Assembly (NCBI GenBank): GCA_900548005.1
Contig: URIZ01000001.1
Coordinates: forward strand, 214,309-278,308
Direction of reading: 5' to 3'
DNA length: 64,000 bases
Source of the DNA: an uncultured Eubacteriales bacterium
Lineage (GTDB): Bacteria > Bacillota > Clostridia > Christensenellales > CAG-917
Shown: positions 19,404 to 26,590 of the stretch, one piece after another
Layout of the letters: each line of letters opens with the position of its first letter
Numbering within the stretch: the stretch's first letter is position 1
Program-made: the position numbers and the translations under genes
Notes under the pieces: generated by a model
Told to the model about the DNA's origin: nothing
The model's input: only the letters and a program-made list of their open reading frames with translations
Databases searched by the model: none

Positions 19404-19540
19404 GCACTATTCGGCGAATAACTTTGTCAGATGCGACTTGCTCCAAAATCACGTACTAAATGTACGTTTGGGCGGGACACCCGCACCCGATTTGATGCCG
19501 TTATTGCTGCAACGGCGGCGAGCGACTATTTAATAGCAAT
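19404..19540. repeat. family-1 left half-copy fused to GC-rich hairpin segments
   Basis: GCACTATTCGGCGAATAACTTTGTCAG...CACGTACTAAATGTACGTTTGG repeats the left arm. It then diverges into GGCGGGACACCCGCACCCGA and the hairpin GCCGTT..AACGGC. Confidence 0.7.
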
Positions 19541-19574
19541 ATAGTTGCACTGAAGTGCCTAAAATTGGGCAGGG

Positions 19575-19603
19575 TTGACATGTGAAACATTTTGTTGTAT
19601 AAC
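19575..19603 (+). promoter_or_regulatory. sigma-A-type promoter candidate for the small-gene cassette
   Basis: TTGACA (19575-19580), 17-nt spacer, then TATAAC (19598-19603). Confidence 0.45.
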
Positions 19604-19688
19604 ATAGATACCAAAAAACATAGGGGGGATTGGTTATTGATTTTTAGGCTCAATTGTTAAATTTGGAAAATCGACAAAGGATATTTTT

Positions 19689-19752
19689 TGACAAAATATT
19701 TATAGGAATAATCGAATTTTGTCATGAATTTGTGAACGTGGACAATTTTGTC
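19689..19752. promoter_or_regulatory. operator-like inverted repeats (TGACAAAAT / ATTTTGTCA and the palindrome GACAATTTTGTC)
   Basis: A perfect 9-bp inverted repeat lies at 19689-19697 and 19716-19724, and a 12-bp palindrome at 19741-19752. All sit just upstream of the wHTH gene at 19787. Confidence 0.45.
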
Positions 19753-19786
19753 TATACCATATTGCTATAATTAAAGTGAAGGGATT

Positions 19787-20014
19787 ATGAGAAAGGATTA
19801 CGCAACAAAAACGATAATAGTGCACATTTTGCTTGCATTGCAAAAATACACGACAAAAGAAAGACCTGTTTCATACACGGAGTTGTCGCGATATTTGCAA
19901 GGCATCGGCAAATCATGCGACAGAAAAACTGTGGCGAGAAACGTGGATTACCTCATTGCTGACGGTTTTCCGATTGGCAAAACAAATGACGGAAAGTGTT
20001 TCTACAATAGATAA
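19787..20014 (+). CDS. small winged-helix DNA-binding protein (HTH_11/DeoR-N-like)
   Basis: 75 aa. The pattern IIVHILLALQ....RPVSYTELSRYL.....CDRKTVARNVDYLIADGFPI resembles the BirA/WYL-regulator N-terminal wHTH. GAAGGGA RBS. Confidence 0.6.
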   Translation: MRKDYATKTIIVHILLALQKYTTKERPVSYTELSRYLQGIGKSCDRKTVARNVDYLIADGFPIGKTNDGKCFYNR

Positions 20015-20042
20015 TCGAAATGTATACAAAAGGGGGAAAACT

Positions 20043-20333
20043 ATGTGTAGATTCAAACAGTTTATTTACAAGACGGGATCGATAAAAGGGTATGTCGAGA
20101 CATGCGAAAACGATTTTTCGCCGTCAAAAAAGCACTACTATGTCAAAGTGAATAGGGAAGGTAAAATCTTTTATTTGACTGGACTGCATGGGGGAAGTGA
20201 CGGAGAGTTGAGATTTGTTGACGATATAGAATTTGCTTTGGGATTTACAGAAATGGTTGCAATAAGAATCGCCAACATGTTAAGACAAAAAAACATTGCG
20301 GCATTTCCGTTTTCTTTGACAAAAGAAGCATAA
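20043..20333 (+). CDS. hypothetical protein (96 aa)
   Basis: The ATG at 20043 is preceded by AAGGGGGAAAA. The track ORF 19833..20333 extends upstream but overlaps the wHTH gene out of frame. I recognised no family. Confidence 0.5.
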   Translation: MCRFKQFIYKTGSIKGYVETCENDFSPSKKHYYVKVNREGKIFYLTGLHGGSDGELRFVDDIEFALGFTEMVAIRIANMLRQKNIAAFPFSLTKEA

Positions 20334-20410
20334 ATGGGGTGAGCATCGCGATAGATTTTTCGGCGATGTATACTAAAAAATACAATTGAAAAACAAAAAA
20401 TGGAGGATAA

Positions 20411-20728
20411 ATGATGCAAAAAATTAAAGCGGCAACGTACGTTTTGGCAATGTTATTTTTGGGTTTGTTGATTGGCGGCGCAATTGCGGGGAACAAAGCG
20501 GCATGGATATGCGGATTGGTTTTTCTCATTCTCGATGTGATTTGCGGAATAGCTATTCAGTATTTTTGCGACAAACAGCCCAAAAGAACCACGTGGGATT
20601 CGCTTACTGCCGAAGAAAAAAGCTTGTTTCAGCAAGAGCCAAATGCAAAACTGATTCGGGAACTTGAAAGAAGGGGGATAGACATTCAAAAGGTAATCGC
20701 CGATTATGAAAACAACTATACAAAATAA
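20411..20728 (+). CDS. hypothetical small membrane protein (2 TM plus a charged C-terminal helix)
   Basis: GGAGG RBS. TM segments are AATYVLAMLFLGLLIGGAIAG and WICGLVFLILDVICGIAIQYF. I recognised no family. Confidence 0.55.
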   Translation: MMQKIKAATYVLAMLFLGLLIGGAIAGNKAAWICGLVFLILDVICGIAIQYFCDKQPKRTTWDSLTAEEKSLFQQEPNAKLIRELERRGIDIQKVIADYENNYTK

Positions 20729-20767
20729 TAATTGAACAACCGCAAGGTTGATTTGGGGAGGCTAACT

Positions 20768-21232
20768 ATGAGTATTAAGAAAAACACTTTTGAAAGTGGA
20801 AAAGACGATTTGGCAAACGTCGAATTGATCAAAGAGTTCAACAACGTTTACAACGATGTTTTGCAAGGCAACGGACACGCCATGAAGATAAACAGTTTTT
20901 TTGACAACCAAGCCGGAAATCTGTTGCTAGATGCATGCAAACACATGATTTACGCGCCGATATTAGGCTCGATTGCAAATCCGGTAGCCGCATGCACGGA
21001 CACTTTTGGCAAATATCCTGTCGTGTTGTATTTGTATCAAGGTCGAAGATTTTCCATGTGCGACAATGTGTACGTCATTCTAATTCTGTGCAATGATAGG
21101 CTTAGAATGTTCACTGTCGAAACGCAAGGAAGCGAGTTTATGTTGTGCGAATATCGTGACGGAGCGCACCGCAATTACGGTTTTGTGGATTTGCAGATAT
21201 TGCCGCAAACATTGCTTGAAATTGTAGGATAA
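20768..21232 (+). CDS. hypothetical protein (154 aa)
   Basis: The ATG at 20768 is preceded by GGGGAGG, whereas the track start at 20732 is a TTG without an RBS. I recognised no family. Confidence 0.5.
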   Translation: MSIKKNTFESGKDDLANVELIKEFNNVYNDVLQGNGHAMKINSFFDNQAGNLLLDACKHMIYAPILGSIANPVAACTDTFGKYPVVLYLYQGRRFSMCDNVYVILILCNDRLRMFTVETQGSEFMLCEYRDGAHRNYGFVDLQILPQTLLEIVG

Positions 21233-21265
21233 AAAGTAAGTGTCTATTGGGGAGCAATAGGGAAA

Positions 21266-21313
21266 CCGACAAATAAAACGGTTGCGAAAATCAGCAGCCG
21301 TTTTATTTGTCGG
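21266..21313. terminator. long hairpin / terminator closing the small-gene cassette
   Basis: 20-bp stem CCGACAAATAAAACGGTTGC / GCAGCCGTTTTATTTGTCGG with one G-U pair. The inner GC part is followed by the U-rich TTTTATTTGT. Confidence 0.65.
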
Positions 21314-21413
21314 ATTATGGAAAAGCGACAAAATCATTGTGATGAAAAAGAATAATATTTGCTTGTTTTTAAGTGGTTATAATCAATCGCAAGGCGGGTG
21401 CATATAATCTAGC

Positions 21414-22139
21414 ATGCGAAAAATGGCGAAAGAAAATATCATCGTCGTATGCACGATCGTGCTGTGTTTTATGCTGACGCTTGCGTTGTGCATGACCTTT
21501 TCGGGAGAAGGGATTCTCGGAGTTTTCAATGTGGGCGCGGGGGAGCGGCAGGCGGTGTATGCGGTGGCGTGCGGCGGATACAGTGACATGACTTTGGCAA
21601 GGGCGAGCGCGGACATGATAAAGTCAAGGGGCGGCGCGGGCTATGTGCTAAAAGGCGACGAGATCGAGATTATATACGCTTTGTACCCAAGCCAAGACGA
21701 TGCGAAAAGGGTGGTGTCGTCCATGGGCGAAAGGGGTGTGTACGTCAAAAAAATCGAGATTGACAAAGGATCTTTCAAGTGGTGTAAAGGTGATTTGAAA
21801 GAGAGCGTTTTTGCCGCCTTGAAATACTTTGACATTGCGTTTGAGAGTATGTACAAAGTGGCAAACGATCTCAATGCCGACATTATAAGCGTTGAAGACG
21901 CAAAGACGCAAATCAATGTTTTACGCGCACAAATCGAAGATATAAAGTGCGTTTTCTATCAAAACACAGCGGATTGCGACAAGGCGCAAATAGGCGAAAT
22001 CAAGGTTGCGCTTGCAACGACTTTGGCTCTTATCGACAACGTGGATTTTGCAAAAAGCAGGGCGTTTGTCACATCGTCGATTCGCTATCAGCTTGTTCAG
22101 CTGACCTATTGCAGAAAGGCTCTTATGAGCAACGTATGA
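21414..22139 (+). CDS. hypothetical membrane-anchored protein with a SPOR-like segment
   Basis: N-terminal TM helix. The segment YAVACGGYSDMTLARASADMIKSRGGAGYVLKGDEIEIIYALYPSQDDAKRV resembles a SPOR repeat. Confidence 0.4.
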   Translation: MRKMAKENIIVVCTIVLCFMLTLALCMTFSGEGILGVFNVGAGERQAVYAVACGGYSDMTLARASADMIKSRGGAGYVLKGDEIEIIYALYPSQDDAKRVVSSMGERGVYVKKIEIDKGSFKWCKGDLKESVFAALKYFDIAFESMYKVANDLNADIISVEDAKTQINVLRAQIEDIKCVFYQNTADCDKAQIGEIKVALATTLALIDNVDFAKSRAFVTSSIRYQLVQLTYCRKALMSNV

Positions 22140-22297
22140 CGGCTTGATTGTTGTATCGCCAAAACAAAAACACGCTCGTGGCGGAATTTGAATATCGTTG
22201 CGGCGTTTTTTTGTTATTTTACGGCAAAAACGCAATCGAAAAACAAATTTGTCATAGCGTCTTGCCATATCCGCGCATTTAGTTTATAATACAGTTT

Positions 22298-23794
22298 ATG
22301 GCATATACTTCTTTATATCGCAAATATCGTCCCGACACCTTTGACAAAGTCATCGGACAGGACCATATCGTGCGCACTCTCAAAAATCAAATCGCAACCG
22401 ACAGCGTCGGGCATGCGTACATTTTCACGGGAACGCGCGGCACGGGCAAGACGTCCGTCGCAAAGATTTTTGCGCGGGCGGTCAATTGTCTTTCGCCGCT
22501 TCCCGACGGTTCGCCGTGCGGAAAATGCGCTCATTGTGTGGAGCTTGCCTCGCCGTCAAATTTTGACGTTCTCGAGATAGACGCTGCGTCCAACAACTCT
22601 GTGGATCAGATCAGGGAACTGACGGACAAGATCAACTTTCCGCCCACGATCGGCAGATACAAGGTCTACATCGTCGACGAAGTGCACATGCTTTCCAAAG
22701 CTGCGTTCAACGCTCTTTTGAAGACGCTCGAAGAGCCGCCTTCGCATGCGATTTTCATCCTTGCCACAACCGAGATACACCAGATTCCCGCCACGATTTT
22801 GTCGCGTTGTTTGCGTTTCGATTTCAGGCTCGTGCCAAGCCAAGTCATAGCAAAGCGTATCCGTGACATATTTGACGACATCTCCGTCAAGTACGAGAGC
22901 GAAGCGGTGGATTTGATTGCGCAAGCAGGCAAAGGCAGCGTCAGAGACGCTTTGTCCGTTGCCGATATGTGCGTGAGCTATTGCGCAGGCAACGTCACTT
23001 ATGACGGGGTGCTCGAAGTGCTCGGCGCGGCAGATCCCAAAAAATTGCAGCATCTTGCCACGGCGATTGCGGACGGCAACGTGGATATAGCTCTTCAAGA
23101 CGTCGCCAATTTCTGCGATTTGGGCAAGAGCGTTCCCATTCTCGCGCAAGACCTTGCCACGCTTTTCAGAAACGTGTTGTATATCAAGAATTGTTCTTCC
23201 GCAAAGACGTTGCTTGCTTTGCCCGATAGTATATACGTTTCTCTCAAAGATATGGCTGACAAATACTCCACCGAAAAGTGCATGGGTATCATGAAGATAA
23301 TGTCCAAGCTCGAAGGGGAGTTCAGATACAGCGCGCAACACCGCATATTGTTTGAATCGGCTGTGGTGCTTGCATCGAGCGGCGGCGATTCGGACGCCAA
23401 GGTGGAAGAGCTACAAGCGCGCGTTGCAAAACTTGAAAAAATCATAGCGGGGCTCAGAAAATCGGGTTTTGAGTCCGCACCTGTCAAAACGGATGCGAGA
23501 CAGGTGTGGCTCAGGGTAGCATCCGAACTTAGACAGAGTGGCTTTCAACTTATTGCACTATCCACGCAAGACGCCGAGCTTGAAATGAATGATGACACCT
23601 TCTTTGTCAAGGTGGCGGACACCGCAACGCTCGGGTTTTTGGAAGACAAGAACAACAGGGACGCAATCAACAAGGCTTTTTATGCCGTGGATTCGTCACA
23701 TAGGCTGGTTATCGAAGCAGTGCATCGTCTCGACGAAGACAAGGCTTTGCCCTTTGTCAAAGAGATGTTTGGCAATATGCTGGAAATAAAATAA
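22298..23794 (+). CDS. dnaX: DNA polymerase III subunit gamma/tau
   Basis: Walker A GTRGTGKTS, zinc module CGKCAHC, and DEVHMLS followed by LKTLEEPP. Confidence 0.93.
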   Translation: MAYTSLYRKYRPDTFDKVIGQDHIVRTLKNQIATDSVGHAYIFTGTRGTGKTSVAKIFARAVNCLSPLPDGSPCGKCAHCVELASPSNFDVLEIDAASNNSVDQIRELTDKINFPPTIGRYKVYIVDEVHMLSKAAFNALLKTLEEPPSHAIFILATTEIHQIPATILSRCLRFDFRLVPSQVIAKRIRDIFDDISVKYESEAVDLIAQAGKGSVRDALSVADMCVSYCAGNVTYDGVLEVLGAADPKKLQHLATAIADGNVDIALQDVANFCDLGKSVPILAQDLATLFRNVLYIKNCSSAKTLLALPDSIYVSLKDMADKYSTEKCMGIMKIMSKLEGEFRYSAQHRILFESAVVLASSGGDSDAKVEELQARVAKLEKIIAGLRKSGFESAPVKTDARQVWLRVASELRQSGFQLIALSTQDAELEMNDDTFFVKVADTATLGFLEDKNNRDAINKAFYAVDSSHRLVIEAVHRLDEDKALPFVKEMFGNMLEIK

Positions 23795-23825
23795 TACAAA
23801 ATTCACAATATAGGAGACACAAATT

Positions 23826-24149
23826 ATGACATACGGCGGTTTCGGCGGCGGAAATATGCAACAACTCATGAAACAAGCGCAAGCAATGCAACGCAAATTG
23901 CAAGAGGCGCAACAAGAACTCGCAGACAGCGAAGTCACGGGCAGCGCGGCAGGCGGTATGGTTGAAGTGACGCTCACCGGCGACAAAACACCCGTATCGG
24001 TGTCCATCAAACCCGAAGCAGTCGATCCCGATGACGTGGAAATGCTCGAAGATATGGTGCTTGCCGCTCTCAACGACGCGATGAAACAAGCCGACGATCT
24101 TTCCAAAGAACTTCTCGGTCCGATGGGCAACGCAGGCGGTTTGTTTTAA
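23826..24149 (+). CDS. ybaB: YbaB/EbfC nucleoid-associated protein
   Basis: 107 aa with MQQLMKQAQAMQ.KLQEAQ, and conserved dnaX-ybaB-recR synteny. Confidence 0.9.
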   Translation: MTYGGFGGGNMQQLMKQAQAMQRKLQEAQQELADSEVTGSAAGGMVEVTLTGDKTPVSVSIKPEAVDPDDVEMLEDMVLAALNDAMKQADDLSKELLGPMGNAGGLF

Positions 24150-24209
24150 TTAATAATGAATAATGAATAATAAATAATTGCGGGTGGGGGATACCCCACA
24201 CCCCAATTG
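24147..24209. repeat. repeat family 2: AATAAT-rich run plus GC hairpin (AATTGCGGGTGGGGG..CCCCACACCCCAATTG)
   Basis: It begins at the ybaB stop codon. Related copies are at 750-802, 25475-25543 (inverted) and 58158-58205. Confidence 0.8.
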
Positions 24210-24278
24210 TTGTGCCGATTAAAATTGCGTATATTCGTCAATTTTGGCGCAAACATCCGCTTTTTTCAATACTGATTT

Positions 24279-24863
24279 ATGAAATATATAGAACCTCTTG
24301 CAAAACTTATTGCGCAATTGTCAAAACTGCCGTCTGTCGGAGAAAAAACGGCGGCTCGTTATGCATACGCAATTCTCAATTCGCCCGCCGAAGAAGTGGA
24401 CGAACTTGTTGATGCCATCAAAGAAGTCAAGCAAAACGTGCATTTTTGCAAAGTCTGCGGCAACTACACCGAGAATGAAGTGTGCGACATTTGCGCCACA
24501 AGAAAGCCCACCACTATATGCGTTGTCAAAGAGCCGAAAGACATCGTTGCGCTTGAAAAAGTCAAGGACTTCAAAGGCGTGTATCACGTTCTCGGCGGCG
24601 TGATTTCTCCAATGGAGCATATCGGGCCAAACGACATTCGCATCAAAGAACTTCTTGCTCGTCTTGACGGTGTCGAAGAAGTCATTCTCGCCACCAACCC
24701 CGACGTTGAAGGCGAAGCCACCGCCATGTACATTGCTCGTCTTATCAAGCCTATGGGCATCAAAGTCACTCGCATCGCGCGCGGACTTCCCGAGGGTAGT
24801 GTGATCGAGTATGCGGATGAGAGTACTTTGTCGCGCGCGCTGTCTTCCCGCATCGAGCTTTGA
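24279..24863 (+). CDS. recR: recombination protein RecR
   Basis: HhH N-terminus, C4 zinc finger [16 protein letters not shown] and a Toprim region. Confidence 0.93.
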   Translation: MKYIEPLAKLIAQLSKLPSVGEKTAARYAYAILNSPAEEVDELVDAIKEVKQNVHFCKVCGNYTENEVCDICATRKPTTICVVKEPKDIVALEKVKDFKGVYHVLGGVISPMEHIGPNDIRIKELLARLDGVEEVILATNPDVEGEATAMYIARLIKPMGIKVTRIARGLPEGSVIEYADESTLSRALSSRIEL

Positions 24864-24981
24864 CGGCATTATTCGGCAAATAACTGCGTCAGGCGCGGCT
24901 TGCCCCAAAATCACGTACGCTTATGTACGTTTGGTTTTGTTTCAAGCCGTGCCTTTCTTGTTCTTTATCCGAATACTGCCG
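24864..24981. repeat. repeat family 1, full copy
   Basis: It begins 1 nt after the recR stop. CGGCATTATTCGGCAAATAAC...GTTCTTTATCCGAATACTGCCG forms a long imperfect hairpin around CACGTACGCTTATGTACGT. Confidence 0.85.
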
Positions 24982-25008
24982 TCAAAGAGATAAGTTTTAG
25001 TCGTTTTT

Positions 25009-25167
25009 TAGCGAACAACTTCGGACGCGATTGACGCAAAGCGTAACAATCGCTATTCCGTCACTGCGTTCCTTACAGAGCCACGCCCCGTCAACTCATG
25101 TACTATGTGTACATTAGGGTTGCCGTTAGCGCGGCTCTTCCTTGTTCTTCATCTAAATATTGCGCTT
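25009..25167. repeat. diverged family-1-like copy
   Basis: It has a central palindrome CATGTACTATGTGTACAT. Its right arm GCGCGGCTCTTCCTTGTTCTTCATCTAAATATTGCGC matches the right arm of the 19269 copy. Confidence 0.5.
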
Positions 25168-25182
25168 ATAATAGTTTAGAAT

Positions 25183-25300
25183 ATCGGCAAATAACTGCGT
25201 CAGGCGCGGCTTGCCCCAAAATCACGTACGCTTATGTACGTTTGGTTTTGTTTCAAGCCGTGCCTTTCTTGTTCTTTATCCGAATACTGCCGTCAAAGAG
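25183..25300. repeat. repeat family 1, copy identical over ~116 nt to 24872-24989
   Basis: Direct read-off: ATCGGCAAATAACTGCGTCAGGCGCGGCTTGCCCCAAAATCACGTACGCTTATGTACG...CCGAATACTGCCGTCAAAGAG. Confidence 0.9.
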
Positions 25301-25337
25301 AAGTGTCGGTTTTCAAATTCTTCCATGTTGTTATGTT

Positions 25338-25454
25338 GTCATTGCGAGCCGACTTGTTCGGCGTGGCAATCTCGCGGTAGTGGAATGATGTAAAATGACG
25401 TGTATATAGTGCCGTTTCGTTTCCACGAGATTCTTCGCTTGCGCTCAGAATGAC
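25338..25454. repeat. repeat family 3 (GTCATTSNGAGC...AATCTCGYGG modules), two inverted modules
   Basis: GTCATTGCGAGCCGACTTGTTCGGCGTGGCAATCTCGCGG faces an inverted GTCATTCTGAGCGCAAGCGAAGAATCTCGTGGAAACGAAACGGCAC. Related modules are at 44771 and 58210. Confidence 0.75.
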
Positions 25455-25474
25455 ACGGATAATTTTGCATATTA

Positions 25475-25543
25475 CCGATTATTCCAATTCGGGTGTGGGT
25501 GTCCCACCCATAATTATTAATTATTAATTATTCATTATTAATT
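25475..25543. repeat. repeat family 2 copy, inverted orientation
   Basis: CAATTCGGGTGTGGGTGTCCCACCCATAATTATTAATTATTAATTATTCATTATTAATT is the reverse complement of the organisation seen at 24147. Confidence 0.8.
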
Positions 25544-25678
25544 TCAGTAAGCAAGCAATGCCGTTGCTGCAATGACGGCTTTTGCTCTATTGACATAATG
25601 TGTAATGTTATTTATAATAAAGGCGAAAGGCGGCGCAATATGGCGGCTTTTCAATATTTCAAAAAGGGAGAAATTCTT

Positions 25679-26416
25679 ATGAAAATCACTTGTCCAAGAT
25701 GCGGAGCGGAGTTCGACGTTGACAAAACGGGCGGAAACGTGTGTCCGTATTGCGGATATGAAGTTCCGCTTGCATCGTCCACGCAAGACGATGAGTTTTT
25801 TGGCGATATAAACGGTGAAACATATCAGCCTGTTCAACCGACATACGAGCCTGTGCTGACCACCTATCATGCGGCGTTTGAAAGTGACGCAAAGGCAAAC
25901 AAGGCGGCTAGAAGCGTGTTTTCCATTGCCGTGTTCTTGCTTGTAATAGGCGCGTTGCGTTTTGTAGTGGGTTTGACGAGCGTTGCGTCCATAGGTCAAC
26001 TTGTCGAAAACTTGCCATCGTATGTCGGCACGATATACTATGCTCCGATCAAGGCATATATAGGCGCGGCGTATAGCGAAATCGCGCTGCACGTTGCAAT
26101 ATTTGCGTGCGCAATCGCCCTTGTCGTGTTTGTGTCAAAGACCAAAAACACAAAGTTTCCCACTCCAAACGACGCAGTGTTTGCAACCTACAAAAAGTCC
26201 TTCATCGCATACTGCGCAATGGTGGGTGTTCTTGCCGTATACTCGATTGTGGAGATAGTCGCGCTTGTTGTGACGATAAGGCTTGAAAAGGTGCTTGACG
26301 AAGTCATTTTGTCACCGTTTATGAAAGTTGCGGTCATCGTGTGGGTTGTCGTGCTTTTGGCTGCCGGCATCGTTGGACTGGTCAACACTCTCAAGCTCTC
26401 CAAAAAGGCAGATTGA
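25679..26416 (+). CDS. hypothetical membrane protein with an N-terminal zinc ribbon
   Basis: CPRCG...CPYCG zinc ribbon followed by about 5 TM helices. The ATG at 25679 follows AAGGGAG; alternative starts are at 25640 and 25598. Confidence 0.55.
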   Translation: MKITCPRCGAEFDVDKTGGNVCPYCGYEVPLASSTQDDEFFGDINGETYQPVQPTYEPVLTTYHAAFESDAKANKAARSVFSIAVFLLVIGALRFVVGLTSVASIGQLVENLPSYVGTIYYAPIKAYIGAAYSEIALHVAIFACAIALVVFVSKTKNTKFPTPNDAVFATYKKSFIAYCAMVGVLAVYSIVEIVALVVTIRLEKVLDEVILSPFMKVAVIVWVVVLLAAGIVGLVNTLKLSKKAD

Positions 26417-26467
26417 GCGAGTTAGATGCCGCAAAAATCACAATTAGATTTGTTGAAAAACATGTAT

Positions 26468-26496
26468 GAAAAAACGCCGTTTTCACGGCGTTTTTT
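26468..26496. terminator. bidirectional rho-independent terminator
   Basis: AAAAAACGCCG-TTTTCA-CGGCGTTTTTT between convergent genes. Confidence 0.8.
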
Positions 26497-26590
26497 GATT
26501 TGTGTAAACATCCGAATTTTCTCAAATTTTGCTCGAATTGATTGCTTGATTTTCTCTTGCGATCTAGCGTTTCAAGCGACTTATTGCGTA

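Noticed and set aside
19833-20042. Upstream 70 codons of track ORF 19833..20333
   Set aside because: They overlap the well-formed wHTH gene (19787..20014) in another frame. An ATG with a strong RBS at 20043 gives a compact non-overlapping gene.
22140-22297. SRP (small cytoplasmic) RNA expected upstream of dnaX, as in B. subtilis
   Set aside because: The 158-nt spacer lacks the conserved domain IV motifs (no GGUGCUGUUU / GGAAGCAGCC-like sequence). It appears to be only a terminator-like hairpin plus a promoter region.
23036-23047. Programmed -1 frameshift site in dnaX (CCC AAA AAA TTG)
   Set aside because: The A6 run is not a proper X XXY YYZ heptamer in the dnaX frame. It lies at the middle of the gene rather than after domain III, and no downstream stem-loop is evident.
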